A stretch of 48,120 bases of DNA from Bacteroidia bacterium (GCA_026391515.1 JAPLEC010000447.1:1-48120), one strand, 5' to 3'. Counted from the stretch's first letter, positions 31,577 through 41,706 are shown. A program made the numbers and translations. The notes: generated by a model not told the origin, from the sequence alone.

Positions 31577-33067
31577 ATGACTGGGAAAACAAAATATTTT
31601 TTGATGATGCTGATTACAGCTGTTTGTTTAGACGCAACATCCCAGAACAGCCAGGTCCTTTATTATATGAAACTACCTCAAAATCATCTTCTTAACCCTG
31701 CAATCAGGCCTTCTGATAAGTTTTATATAGGACTTCCCGTAATTACAGGTATAAATACAGAATTCGGAAATAATTTTCTGCAGGTTTCTGATATTCTTCC
31801 TTCGGGAACCAAAATTAATTCTTTATTCTTTAAAACCCTTAATCTTAACAAATTGGCCGGAAAGCTAAGGGATCGTAACACAATAACGACCGATGAAAGT
31901 ATTCAACTTTTAGGACTAGGCTTATCATTCGGCAAAGATTTGTATATATTCCTTGATGTTGTTGACAAAATCAATGCAAAAACCATATTACCACGTGACT
32001 TATTGGAATTATACTTAACAGAGCCACCCGATTTTATTGGTAAGACATTTGATTTATCAATGATGAATATGCAGACCCAGTATTACAGGGAGTATGGGTT
32101 GGGATTTTCAAAAAATGTAACAAAAAACTTAAGAATAGGTGCAAAGGTAAAACTCCTATCAGGCATTGCTTCGGCCTCACTTGATAACAAATCTCTTACC
32201 ATGAAAGTTAACAGTGATTTCAGCCAGGCAATAAATGCAGATACCTACCTGAATGTGAGCGGAAAAGAAACCCTGCAAAGAATCTTTACATATAACCATA
32301 TACTTGGCCATCCGGATTCGACTGACAATGGAGACTTAAAAGGTTTTGCATTTGATTATCTTAAAATTCCTGTTTCAAATGTAGGAGCAGCTTTAGATAT
32401 AGGTGCCGTTTATAACCTGGGTAAATTCTTTACTTTTTCTGCAAGTGTTACTGATCTTGGATTCATTAACTGGAAGCACGATCTTAAAAGCTATTATTCG
32501 AAAGACACAATTCATCTGACGGATTTAACCCTTAAGGAAGCTGTAAATAATCCTGATTATGATATAAAAAATTTTATTCATGCATTAGTGGATACAATAA
32601 GGAGAAGTTTTAAAGATACAATACCTAAATCCTTTAGAACGTATCTTCCTACAGGAATCTCTGCAGGAGTAAGCATAAATCTATTACCTGTAATTTCTTT
32701 AGGAGTGTTATCTAATACCAAATTTTATGCAGGCACGGTAAGAGAATCTGTTACACTCTCAGCCAATGCATATCTTGGAAGAATTCTGTCTGCAAGCGTG
32801 AGTTATACAATTGCCAATTACAGTTATAACAACCTGGGTTTCGGCCTTGCTTTTAAAACAGGCAGTATTGTACAATTTTATGTAATTGCTGATAAAATTC
32901 CGCTTAACTGGGGGAAAGTTTATATTGAAAAAGGCCACAGTGGAGATTATTTACCAATACCGGAACCGCAGAGTATGAATTTATTCAATCTCAGTATTGG
33001 GATGAATATTGTTTTTGGCAAACCTGTGACGAAGAAAACAGACAGGCCAATGATTGTGATTCAATAA
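31577..33067 (+). CDS. predicted outer-membrane beta-barrel protein
   Basis: 496-aa ORF with a signal peptide and alternating hydrophobic beta-strand pattern throughout. The N-terminal mature motif SQVLYYMKLPQNHLLNPAIRP resembles the SQYMFNxLxxNPA motif of the PorP/SprF barrel at 40667-41626. Confidence 0.55.
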   Translation: MTGKTKYFLMMLITAVCLDATSQNSQVLYYMKLPQNHLLNPAIRPSDKFYIGLPVITGINTEFGNNFLQVSDILPSGTKINSLFFKTLNLNKLAGKLRDRNTITTDESIQLLGLGLSFGKDLYIFLDVVDKINAKTILPRDLLELYLTEPPDFIGKTFDLSMMNMQTQYYREYGLGFSKNVTKNLRIGAKVKLLSGIASASLDNKSLTMKVNSDFSQAINADTYLNVSGKETLQRIFTYNHILGHPDSTDNGDLKGFAFDYLKIPVSNVGAALDIGAVYNLGKFFTFSASVTDLGFINWKHDLKSYYSKDTIHLTDLTLKEAVNNPDYDIKNFIHALVDTIRRSFKDTIPKSFRTYLPTGISAGVSINLLPVISLGVLSNTKFYAGTVRESVTLSANAYLGRILSASVSYTIANYSYNNLGFGLAFKTGSIVQFYVIADKIPLNWGKVYIEKGHSGDYLPIPEPQSMNLFNLSIGMNIVFGKPVTKKTDRPMIVIQ

Positions 33068-33089
33068 GAATTTTCAGTAAGAAGAGTTT

Positions 33090-33845
33090 TTACTTATCCG
33101 ACGATCTTAACTGTTTTGCCAGAGAGTTGGCAAACACAAAATCATTTAATATTTCACAGTCGGAATGAAGGATTTCATGTTTAGTGCCTTCCCAGCAGAT
33201 TTTGCCATCATCAATAAAGGTTATTTTTTCTCCAATCTCCATTACCGAATTCATATCGTGAGTATTGACTATTGTTGTCATATTATATTCTTCAGTGAGC
33301 TCTTTTATTAGAGCATCGATAAGAATGGCGGTTATAGGATCGAGTCCCGAGTTGGGTTCATCACAAAATAGATATTTTGGATTTAATGAGATAGCTCTGG
33401 CAATAGCCACTCTTTTTTTCATACCTCCTGATAGTTCGGAGGGAAATAGGGTATTGGCATTTATTATATCAACTCTTTTCAGACAAAAATTAACCCTGTC
33501 AATTTTTTCCAGCGGGCTTTTATTTGTAAACATATCAAGAGGGAACCTGACATTATGTTCAACTGTAAGGGAATCAAAAAGAGCGCTTCCCTGGAACAGC
33601 ATTCCCATCTCTTTACGAATATCTTGTTTCCCGTTAAAATCGAGCTTGTTAAAAAGAACATCATCAAACCAGACTTCGCCGCTGTCTACTTCATGAAGTC
33701 CGACAATTGATTTGAGCAATATAGTTTTTCCGGAACCGCTGCGACCTATAACAAGATTTGTTTTACCACTTTCAAAACTGACAGTGACATCATCCAGCAC
33801 CTTCTTATCGTAGAACGATTTGTTAATATTTTTGACACTAATCAT
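33090..33845 (-). CDS. ABC transporter ATP-binding protein, MlaF-like
   Basis: Walker A GRSGSGKT, signature LSGGMKKR, Walker B LFCDEPNSGLD. 4-nt overlap with the upstream MlaE-like permease. Confidence 0.85.
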   Translation of the reverse strand: MISVKNINKSFYDKKVLDDVTVSFESGKTNLVIGRSGSGKTILLKSIVGLHEVDSGEVWFDDVLFNKLDFNGKQDIRKEMGMLFQGSALFDSLTVEHNVRFPLDMFTNKSPLEKIDRVNFCLKRVDIINANTLFPSELSGGMKKRVAIARAISLNPKYLFCDEPNSGLDPITAILIDALIKELTEEYNMTTIVNTHDMNSVMEIGEKITFIDDGKICWEGTKHEILHSDCEILNDFVFANSLAKQLRSSDK

Positions 33846-34585
33846 GACAGAAGGAGCTGTGTAAGAATTAAATTAAACAACAAAATAAGGATGCTGCTGA
33901 ACACCACTGCTTTAGTGCTTGCCCTACCGACTTCAAGAGATCCGCCATCGACATAATAACCCTGAAATGCTGAAACTGTGGTAATTATAAAAGCAAAAAA
34001 TACAGTTTTAATCAGTGAATAAGTTATATAATAAGGAATGAAAGCATATTGAATTCCATAGATAAAATCTTCGGGAGTCATTGTACCGGTAATTATGACA
34101 ACGCTCCATCCTCCCAGGATGCCGACACATATACTGATGAGTGTAAGAAGAGGGTTAAAAAGAACTGCGGCTATTATCTTAGGAAGTATCAGATACGATG
34201 CAGAATTGACTCCCATTATTTCAAGAGCATCAATTTGTTCTGTAATACGCATAGTACCTATTTCAGATGCAATATTAGAACCGACTTTTCCTGCAAGTAT
34301 CAACGCTATCATGGATGATGAAAATTCAAGAATAATTGAATCGCGGCAGCCAAGACCAACTATATATGTCGGAAGAAATGGATTTTCAGTATTATAAATA
34401 GTCTGAAGGGTAATTACTGCTCCCATAAAAAAAGAAATTATCGTAATAATACCCACAGAATTAAATCCAAGGTAAACCAGCTCATGCATAGTTTGCTTAT
34501 AATATAATGAGGGTTTTTCAGGTTTGGAAAAAACCTTCTTAAGAAGAAGAAAATAGCGTCCGAATAATGTCAGAAACTTAATCAT
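33842..34585 (-). CDS. MlaE-family ABC permease
   Basis: 247-aa polytopic protein. ASEIGTMRITEQIDALEIMGVNSASYLILPKI matches the MlaE/Ttg2B signature region. Confidence 0.85.
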   Translation of the reverse strand: MIKFLTLFGRYFLLLKKVFSKPEKPSLYYKQTMHELVYLGFNSVGIITIISFFMGAVITLQTIYNTENPFLPTYIVGLGCRDSIILEFSSSMIALILAGKVGSNIASEIGTMRITEQIDALEIMGVNSASYLILPKIIAAVLFNPLLTLISICVGILGGWSVVIITGTMTPEDFIYGIQYAFIPYYITYSLIKTVFFAFIITTVSAFQGYYVDGGSLEVGRASTKAVVFSSILILLFNLILTQLLLS

Positions 34586-34707
34586 TCAACGTGTTTAACA
34601 AAAGATAAAATTACAAATATTTAATATATTTCCTTTGCTTGAGTTTTAAAACTGGGAACATAAATAATTATATATTTGCAAAATATTTAAAATTTAAGGA
34701 ATCATTC

Positions 34708-35793
34708 ATGGACAACAGGTATGTAATTATCATGGCCGGAGGAGTAGGGAGTCGATTCTGGCCATTAAGCCGCCGAAGCAGACCTAAACAATTTCTTGAT
34801 ATCCTGGGAACAGGAGAAACCCTGATTCAACAGACTTTCAGAAGGTTTAAATCCAACTGTCCGGAAGAAAATATTTTTATTGTCACAAGTGCAGGACATA
34901 AAGATATTGTGATTGAGCAGCTTGGAATTGCTCCTTCCAATGTACTGGCCGAGCCTTTTCGCCGCAATACAGCACCCTGTCTTGCATACGGAACTTTCAG
35001 AATATTAAAGGAAAATCCTGATGCTGTTATTACCATCACACCTGCAGATCATCTGATAGTTAAGGAAGACAAATTTTGCAAAGTAATAGAGGAAAGCATG
35101 AATTTTGTGAAAGATAATGATGTATTATTGACATTAGGAATAAAACCTGACAGGCCTGAAACCGGATATGGGTATATTCAGGCTGACCGTAAAAAGCCGG
35201 TTAAAGGATACAGTAACCTGCTTAAAGTGAAGACTTTTACTGAAAAACCAAATATTGAGCTTGCAAAAGTATTTATACAAAGCGGCGATTTTTACTGGAA
35301 TTCCGGAATTTTCATCTGTAACATAAAATCAATTATAGCAGCTTTCGAAAAATATCTGCCTGACATGTTTACTGCCTTTGATGAGGGCAAAAAACTATTT
35401 GGGACGAAACAGGAAAACAGCTTTATCGCAAGAACGTATGCCGAATGCAAGAGCATTTCAATCGATTATGGCATTATGGAGAAAGCTGATAATGTTTATG
35501 TAATGTGTACCGACATCGGCTGGTCAGATCTGGGTACGTGGAGTTCTCTCTATGATCATTCTTTACTCGATAAAAGCGGGAATTCGAGAATTAAAGGTAA
35601 TATTTTTTCATACGATAACAGGGGAAATATCTTTAATATCTCTTCCGGAAAGGTTGCTGTGATACAGGGACTTAAAGATTATATTGTTGTCGAATCTGAT
35701 GATGTTCTTCTGATTGTAAAGAAAGAAGAAGAGCAGAACATAAAAAATTATCTTGAAGATGTGAAGAAAGAAACGAAAGAAAAGTATTTATAG
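34708..35793 (+). CDS. manC: mannose-1-phosphate guanylyltransferase (nucleotidyltransferase domain only)
   Basis: The ORF track starts at a TTG (34639); the ATG at 34708 gives MDNRYVIIMAGGVGSRFWPLSRRSRPKQFL, the canonical N-terminus. GYGYIQ motif present. Confidence 0.85.
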   Translation: MDNRYVIIMAGGVGSRFWPLSRRSRPKQFLDILGTGETLIQQTFRRFKSNCPEENIFIVTSAGHKDIVIEQLGIAPSNVLAEPFRRNTAPCLAYGTFRILKENPDAVITITPADHLIVKEDKFCKVIEESMNFVKDNDVLLTLGIKPDRPETGYGYIQADRKKPVKGYSNLLKVKTFTEKPNIELAKVFIQSGDFYWNSGIFICNIKSIIAAFEKYLPDMFTAFDEGKKLFGTKQENSFIARTYAECKSISIDYGIMEKADNVYVMCTDIGWSDLGTWSSLYDHSLLDKSGNSRIKGNIFSYDNRGNIFNISSGKVAVIQGLKDYIVVESDDVLLIVKKEEEQNIKNYLEDVKKETKEKYL

Positions 35794-35825
35794 ATAGGAT
35801 TTTATAGACTTGCATGACCGCAAGA

Positions 35826-35861
35826 CAAAAAAAGAGGCTGTTTTTACAGCCTCTTTTTTTC
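35826..35861. terminator. Bidirectional intrinsic terminator between manC and gldN
   Basis: aaaaaaa agaggctg ttttta cagcctct ttttttt: a perfect 8-bp GC-containing stem (35833-35840 / 35847-35854) flanked by an A-run and a T-run. Confidence 0.85.
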
Positions 35862-35872
35862 AGACATATCTT

Positions 35873-36694
35873 CTAGTATTCCCAAAGATCGTGTTCAATA
35901 TTAAACAGCTCGTTTTTAATACGTTCGGCTTCAAAAAGGGCTGGTTTACCGGCTAAATAATCATTTATTTTCCTGTCATCATATACGTTTGATTCGCCAA
36001 GCATATAACTGCTAAATCTTCTCTGCATGAAAAAATCATCGAACGAAATTCTTTGAGCATCATTTCTTGCAGAAAATACCTCATATTTTGCAAGAATATC
36101 CCTGATTTCATTAAACTTAATCCAGCCTACTTCTTTTTTATCGGGTTCACCTGAAGGATTAGTGTATAAGAAAAGGAGTTCAATAGCAATAATTCTAACA
36201 TCAAGTTTTGAGAGCTTTTTATCAAAATACCATTCTTCATACAATACAAGGTTTTGTAACATATCTCTTTTTGCATCTCCTTTAACAATAGTATCTTTAA
36301 AAGTAGTACCATCTCCCACCGGTTTTTGAATATGCTGTTCTCCACCACCCATATTTTTCTCGATATCATCATAGGTGGTAGGAGCAAAACTCAAAGCATT
36401 GTAAACAGTAATATTCCCGGCTTTAATTTCATCTAGAATAATATTTATAAAACTTTTTCTGCCATCCTGAGTATTGGTTTTTATGGGATAATATAAAGGG
36501 AAATTGACCTTTTCACGGAGATCAACCATGCGGTAATACCTTTTTGACCAGGCAGCGTCAGCTTCCCTGAGGAATGGATAATTGATCTTTTTGGCATCAG
36601 GAATCGACTTCTGATAAATATCACCGAATGACTGACTTTTTACCAATCCGGCGAATGACAGAATGATAACCCCCAAAATAATTCGCTTATTCAT
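35873..36694 (-). CDS. gldN: type IX secretion/gliding motility protein GldN (PorN)
   Basis: 273-aa secreted protein. READAAWSKRYYRMVDLREKVNFPLYYP matches the remembered GldN N-terminal signature. Last gene of the gldKLMN block. Confidence 0.85.
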   Translation of the reverse strand: MNKRIILGVIILSFAGLVKSQSFGDIYQKSIPDAKKINYPFLREADAAWSKRYYRMVDLREKVNFPLYYPIKTNTQDGRKSFINIILDEIKAGNITVYNALSFAPTTYDDIEKNMGGGEQHIQKPVGDGTTFKDTIVKGDAKRDMLQNLVLYEEWYFDKKLSKLDVRIIAIELLFLYTNPSGEPDKKEVGWIKFNEIRDILAKYEVFSARNDAQRISFDDFFMQRRFSSYMLGESNVYDDRKINDYLAGKPALFEAERIKNELFNIEHDLWEY

Positions 36695-36715
36695 AGTGTA
36701 ACTATTATATTAAAT

Positions 36716-38326
36716 CTAATCTATTTTAAGACTAATTGCTGGTAATGCTATTATTTTCCCTGTCGGACTTTTTGCTGTTATATCATCGAAATACAACCTT
36801 TGTCCTCTGGTCATCTTCGCAATTTGGGTTTTCTGCTCAGGTGTAAGTTTTGAACTATTACTTATTACACCAACACTTCCAAAACTTCCCGGGAACATGA
36901 TTGTAAATCCGGTCACCTTAAATTGAAGATCGAATTCGAACTCTTTGAGGACAGCATATACTTCGTCCATATTTTTGGCGGCACTTAAGGAAATTGTTCC
37001 AAAACTCTTTCCGCCAAATTCAGACACAGGTGTAGGAACATTCTTTATCCTGAAATTTTTCGGAGGATATTTTATTATTTGACCGTTTTCACCTTCACCT
37101 GAGACGGAGATCTGGATAATGCTGCCAGGTTCACCTGTTGGTGTGATTGCCCATTCTCCGGGGAATAATTCATTGGTTCTTGCGTTTCGAATTCTTTCTT
37201 TTTTAATATTACCCGTGTTACTATTGACTCTAATTCTGTCTGGCCTTATACCAGGTGCTGAAACATCAAGAGGATTAGGAATTCCTGCGTACAAAACATT
37301 AACAGCACTTGCTGCAATGTTTGCACTGGATTCTACAACCTGATATTCTGAATGGAAAGGAATTTCTCTTGTTGTTTTTCCGTCGGGTGAAGGAAGTGAA
37401 ATAATCCCATTCCATGGTTTTATTCCAAGAGTTGTCGCTTTAACAGAATATATTCCTCTGCCGGCATCATCAAGTTCGAGAGGTGTTTGGCCCACAGTAA
37501 TAACAGGTCTTTGAAGAGTATCTATTCCGGCAAGGACAACTGATGCTTCATAATTTGTTCCGAGTGCTACAGTATTGGAGTTTGGGAGGACCACTGCAGC
37601 GAGCTTATTAACCTTAAAATTAGATTTATCAATCTGGGTATAAAGCCAGTTAATAACTTCAGTTTCAGCATTTCTGACATCCACCTGAACTTTTGTCAAC
37701 AGAGCATTGGCTCCCACAAGTGGCATAAGCTGAAATGTATAATTTGGCCAGGGTTCTATAGCTCCGTCTTCACTTGGCCCTGGTTCAAAATTAAGGGTTT
37801 TTTTCAACGATGCTTCAATAACAGGATTTTCTCCTTGAACAATCATATAAATTAATGAATCGCGAAAATCATTTAAGATATGCATCAGTTCATACCCCTT
37901 ACCATCTTCGTTATCACCAACAAGGATCTGGGAAGGTATATTATTCTCATCATATTTCACAAGAGAGTCAATGATTATTTCTCTCCCACGAATAGCCGGA
38001 GGATTTTTACCATCAGCCTCTTTGATCATCATTATCTTGAGATCCTGAATGAATTCATACGTTTCATCAGCACGCTGTTTTACATAAAGGGCTTTTTTAT
38101 AGTATGGACCGGTTTTCACAGGAGTTGTTGCAAAAGATTCTGCAAAATCGCTATACATGATTCTGTTTTTTTCAACATAATTATCGACCGTAAGCTTAAG
38201 CCCCTTGTCAACCTTCATGAATGCTTTAACAACTTCCTTTTGTACGTTAAGTGCAAGCATGGCGGTAAGCACAAGGTACATCATACCGATCATCTTTTGC
38301 CGTGGGGATAGCTTTTCGTGAGCCAT
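36716..38326 (-). CDS. gldM: type IX secretion/gliding motility protein GldM (PorM)
   Basis: 536-aa ORF. N-terminus KLSPRQKMIGMMYLVLTAMLALNV (single TM) is the GldM hallmark, followed by a long periplasmic region. Confidence 0.9.
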   Translation of the reverse strand: MAHEKLSPRQKMIGMMYLVLTAMLALNVQKEVVKAFMKVDKGLKLTVDNYVEKNRIMYSDFAESFATTPVKTGPYYKKALYVKQRADETYEFIQDLKIMMIKEADGKNPPAIRGREIIIDSLVKYDENNIPSQILVGDNEDGKGYELMHILNDFRDSLIYMIVQGENPVIEASLKKTLNFEPGPSEDGAIEPWPNYTFQLMPLVGANALLTKVQVDVRNAETEVINWLYTQIDKSNFKVNKLAAVVLPNSNTVALGTNYEASVVLAGIDTLQRPVITVGQTPLELDDAGRGIYSVKATTLGIKPWNGIISLPSPDGKTTREIPFHSEYQVVESSANIAASAVNVLYAGIPNPLDVSAPGIRPDRIRVNSNTGNIKKERIRNARTNELFPGEWAITPTGEPGSIIQISVSGEGENGQIIKYPPKNFRIKNVPTPVSEFGGKSFGTISLSAAKNMDEVYAVLKEFEFDLQFKVTGFTIMFPGSFGSVGVISNSSKLTPEQKTQIAKMTRGQRLYFDDITAKSPTGKIIALPAISLKID

Positions 38327-38366
38327 TTTGTAGGTAGTTTAATTAGGTAAAACAAACGATGATGCA

Positions 38367-39239
38367 TTACTTGACATTCATAGCGGCAAGCATATTTCCA
38401 TAAACATTATTCAAAGCAGATAGATTATCGTTGAGTTTGGATATCTGTTCGCGATATTTTTTGGTGTCACCTGAAGATTCTGTCAGATCTTTCATCAGGC
38501 CCTGCAAGCCTTTAAAGAGAGCGTCAGATTCTTTAACATGATCGTCTGCACCTTTCTTCTGAAGTTCGTAAACTGCATTCAATGCAGAAAGGTTTTTGTT
38601 CAGAACCTCAAGCTGCTGCTGGTATGATTTGCCTCCGGATTCTATAACCGACAGAGAATCAGCAATATTCTTGTAATTTGATCCGGTTTCATTTATAATC
38701 TTTGTGGTTGTCTGATATGATTCAGACAGTTTGCCAAGAGATTCATTTGCCGTATTGATGGTTCCCATATACTTGGTTGAGGCAGCTGTAATATCGCCCA
38801 TCGCATTTATGTTGGCTGTTGAATCGCCAAGCTTTTTCATGCCGACGCCAAGCTTCTGGAACAGGTCGGGAGTGATCTCGGCTTTTTCAAGCATCTCGTC
38901 AAATTTTGCAAGGGCTGCTGAACCTGCACCTCCTCCACCACCAACTCCACCACGATATTTCCCACCGTGAGAAGGTAATTCTTCGACTCCTTCTTCAGGA
39001 ATACCTGCAAGTTCCGGATAGACAAGTGACCAGTCAACCTCTTCATGCAAAGGTTCAAATGCTGAAAAGAAGAAGATAACTGCTTCTGTACACAGACCAG
39101 CACAAAGCATAAAAGTTGCTCCGTGCCAGTGCGATATCTTAAACAATGCACCTATGATAACTACTGATGCACCTATACCATAAAGTTTGGCGATGAAATT
39201 CTTCCATCCACTGCTTTGTACTATTTCTGCTAGACTCAT
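38367..39239 (-). CDS. gldL: type IX secretion/gliding motility protein GldL (PorL)
   Basis: 290-aa ORF. Two N-terminal TM helices (KLYGIGASVVIIGALFKISHW; LCAGLCTEAVIFFFSAFEP with the conserved membrane Glu), a Gly-rich linker, then a coiled-coil-like C-terminus. Confidence 0.9.
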   Translation of the reverse strand: MSLAEIVQSSGWKNFIAKLYGIGASVVIIGALFKISHWHGATFMLCAGLCTEAVIFFFSAFEPLHEEVDWSLVYPELAGIPEEGVEELPSHGGKYRGGVGGGGGAGSAALAKFDEMLEKAEITPDLFQKLGVGMKKLGDSTANINAMGDITAASTKYMGTINTANESLGKLSESYQTTTKIINETGSNYKNIADSLSVIESGGKSYQQQLEVLNKNLSALNAVYELQKKGADDHVKESDALFKGLQGLMKDLTESSGDTKKYREQISKLNDNLSALNNVYGNMLAAMNVK

Positions 39240-39273
39240 ATACCTGATAATTTTAGGGTTATTTCAATTTTAA

Positions 39274-40620
39274 TTATAATTCTGCTCCAATATAAGTTCT
39301 TACATTACGGAAACCTATATAAGGTTTTGTAGAATCCTGATATTCATAGTCTCTTGTGCTTGTCTGAAGAAAATATGCAATATCTTTCCATGATCCGCCG
39401 CGGATAACCTTACGCTTTAAGATAGGAGGATCCTGTGGTGTGGCGTTGTATTCATAGTTAGGCTGCAAATCGTGCTGGAATATATATGCTGATGGATGAT
39501 ATGCACCGCAGGTCCATTCAGCAACGTTTCCTGCCATGTCATATAATCCGAATTCGTTCGGGTCGTATGAAGCTACTTTTCCGGCATATACATTTCCGTC
39601 ATCGATATAATTTCCGCGCAGAGGTTTAAAGTTTGCCAGAAAGCATCCTTTATCATTACGTGTATAAGGTCCTCCCCATGGATACATTGAGAGGTCGAGA
39701 CCTCCCCTGGCTGCATATTCCCATTCTGTTTCGAGAGGCAGCCTGTATGCCTGGACATCAGAGATTCCATTCTTTCTTAATGCAGTATTCATATAATCGG
39801 TTCTCCATCTGCTGAAAGCATTAGCCTGCGGCCATGAAATACCAACAACAGGATAATCGTCAAATGACGGATGCCAGAAATAAAGATCTGCCATTGGGTC
39901 ATTGAAAGAATAAGTAAAATCACGGATCCAGCATAAAGTGTCAGGATAAATGTTTATAATGACTGTTTTAATGAAAGAAGAACGGTCTTTTACATCAGTA
40001 CGTGTACCGTCAATATTTGTTACCTGTCCTTCGTATTTTCCTGTATTGTTCTGGTAATCATAGACATATCTTGATCTTGCAGCTTGCTGATAATCAACCC
40101 AGAAGTATTTATAATTAAATCTCCGGACATCATACTGTTTTTTACCGTTAAATCTTTCTTCGGGCGGATAATACATTTCTTCAATAATACCTTTGGTTGT
40201 TTCCTCTTCCGGATCTATTTTTTCATCCCAGTTAATGATATTAGGTTCAAGTATATTACCTTCATCGTCGACAACGAAATATTCCCTTTCGGCAATCTGA
40301 GCTTCGCCCAGCTTTGTTCTGAGAATAGAATCGCGGACCCAGTAAACAAACTGACGGTACTTGTTATTGGTAATTTCTGTCTGATCCATCCAGAACGCAT
40401 CAACAGTGACAGATTTTGAAAGGCTGTTCATTGCAAACAGAGCATCCTGGTCGCTGGGCCCCATCACGAAATTGCCGGCGGGTATAAATGCCATCTCCAG
40501 AGGTTCCGGTTCAAAAAACTTCTTCCTTCCCGGCACACCGGTCAGCTCTCCATTATCGGATGAGCCGCACCCAGTCATGAACATTATAATAATCAGGGCA
40601 AATAGGATTACCTTTTTCAT
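39274..40620 (-). CDS. gldK: type IX secretion/gliding motility lipoprotein GldK (PorK), SUMF1/FGE-fold
   Basis: The ATG at 40620 gives MKKVILFALIIIMFMTGCGSS (lipoprotein signal); the track start (40644) adds 8 residues. FGE-sulfatase-type motifs are YRLPLETEWEYAARGG and RVIRGGSW-like (KVIRGGSWKD). Confidence 0.9.
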   Translation of the reverse strand: MKKVILFALIIIMFMTGCGSSDNGELTGVPGRKKFFEPEPLEMAFIPAGNFVMGPSDQDALFAMNSLSKSVTVDAFWMDQTEITNNKYRQFVYWVRDSILRTKLGEAQIAEREYFVVDDEGNILEPNIINWDEKIDPEEETTKGIIEEMYYPPEERFNGKKQYDVRRFNYKYFWVDYQQAARSRYVYDYQNNTGKYEGQVTNIDGTRTDVKDRSSFIKTVIINIYPDTLCWIRDFTYSFNDPMADLYFWHPSFDDYPVVGISWPQANAFSRWRTDYMNTALRKNGISDVQAYRLPLETEWEYAARGGLDLSMYPWGGPYTRNDKGCFLANFKPLRGNYIDDGNVYAGKVASYDPNEFGLYDMAGNVAEWTCGAYHPSAYIFQHDLQPNYEYNATPQDPPILKRKVIRGGSWKDIAYFLQTSTRDYEYQDSTKPYIGFRNVRTYIGAEL

Positions 40621-40666
40621 ATTTCTTAGTAATTTATAATGCAAGTAAGTTATTTTTTTTTAATAA

Positions 40667-41626
40667 TCATAAAAATCTTATACTTTTATATCTCATAGGA
40701 CTTTTTCCAAGGCTCAGGTCAAAACAATAATTCACCATAAATTCGTGCGATCCGCTTGTATTTTTTCTTATATCCGATAGCGGAAAATCATAAGAATAGC
40801 CTATGCGGATCCCATTAAAAAGCTCAAAACCGATTATCCCAATCACTGCATCACCGGCTCTGTAAGAAACGCCTCCCCATACCTTTTTATTGTATCGCAA
40901 TAAAGAAGTTACATTAAACTGAATAATCTTGCCATCACTGTAAGCAAATACTGAAGGAAGCAACTCGAAAGATGGATTTGTCAGCTGCACATTATAGCCT
41001 GCTGTCAGATAATAATGCCTGCTGACATAAGAAATAACTTTGGTTTTTTCTTTAGTATATTTTATTTTAGGTTGATTTATATGTGTAACTGACAGAGAAG
41101 CATAGTATTTATCGGCATTTAAATACACACCAAAGCCTGCATCAAAAGCTACAAAGTTCTCTTTACTGGTTGGAATTAACGGATCGTCATCAGGTGAGAC
41201 AAAACCATTGCCATAATCGGGTATGTTCCAGGTAGGATCAATCGTTTTATTTATTATGCCAAGATTAATTCCTATTCCCAGTTTTGCTATATTAAGATCA
41301 AGAAGATAAGAATAAACAGCCGACAGATTTAAATCTTTATCAAATCCGACATTATCGGTTTCTATTACAAGTCCAACACCGTGTTTTCTTTTAAAAAGTG
41401 AAATTGGAGCAGAAACATCAAAAAGAGTTGTAGATGGTGCCCCCTTAAAACCTACCCACTGCTGTCTGTTAAGAGCTGTGGCACAAATCATACCGGAAGT
41501 GCCCGCAACACCGGGATTATATGTCAGAGTATTAAACATATATTGACTTGTCAGAGGATCCTGCTGTGACAAGCCTGAAAAACATATTAAGACTAAAAAA
41601 AGAAATGCTACACTAAGTCTTTTCAT
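40667..41626 (-). CDS. porP: PorP/SprF-family type IX secretion outer-membrane protein
   Basis: The ATG at 41626 gives MKRLSVAFLFLVLICFSGLSQQDPLTSQYMFNTLTYNPGVAG, the canonical PorP/SprF N-terminus. The track start (41701) is a TTG and overlaps a promoter-like box. Confidence 0.85.
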   Translation of the reverse strand: MKRLSVAFLFLVLICFSGLSQQDPLTSQYMFNTLTYNPGVAGTSGMICATALNRQQWVGFKGAPSTTLFDVSAPISLFKRKHGVGLVIETDNVGFDKDLNLSAVYSYLLDLNIAKLGIGINLGIINKTIDPTWNIPDYGNGFVSPDDDPLIPTSKENFVAFDAGFGVYLNADKYYASLSVTHINQPKIKYTKEKTKVISYVSRHYYLTAGYNVQLTNPSFELLPSVFAYSDGKIIQFNVTSLLRYNKKVWGGVSYRAGDAVIGIIGFELFNGIRIGYSYDFPLSDIRKNTSGSHEFMVNYCFDLSLGKSPMRYKSIRFL

Positions 41627-41698
41627 TTCTTCACTAAGCCTAAAGATTTGATACAATTGAGTTGAACCAGTAAAATAAATAAAAATATAAAACGTAAA

Positions 41699-41706
41699 CA
41701 AATATA
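41699..41706 (-). promoter_or_regulatory. Candidate -7 box (TAtaTTTG) for the porP-gldKLMN operon
   Basis: The reverse complement of caaatata is TATATTTG, matching TAnnTTTG, about 73 nt upstream of the porP ATG. No clean -33 TTTG was seen. Confidence 0.3.

Noticed and set aside
38890-38970. Gly-rich stretch in GldL, considered as a second in-frame palindromic insertion.
   Set aside because: The DNA is GC-rich but not palindromic, with no inverted arms. Variable Gly-rich linkers are plausible native features of GldL/PorL.
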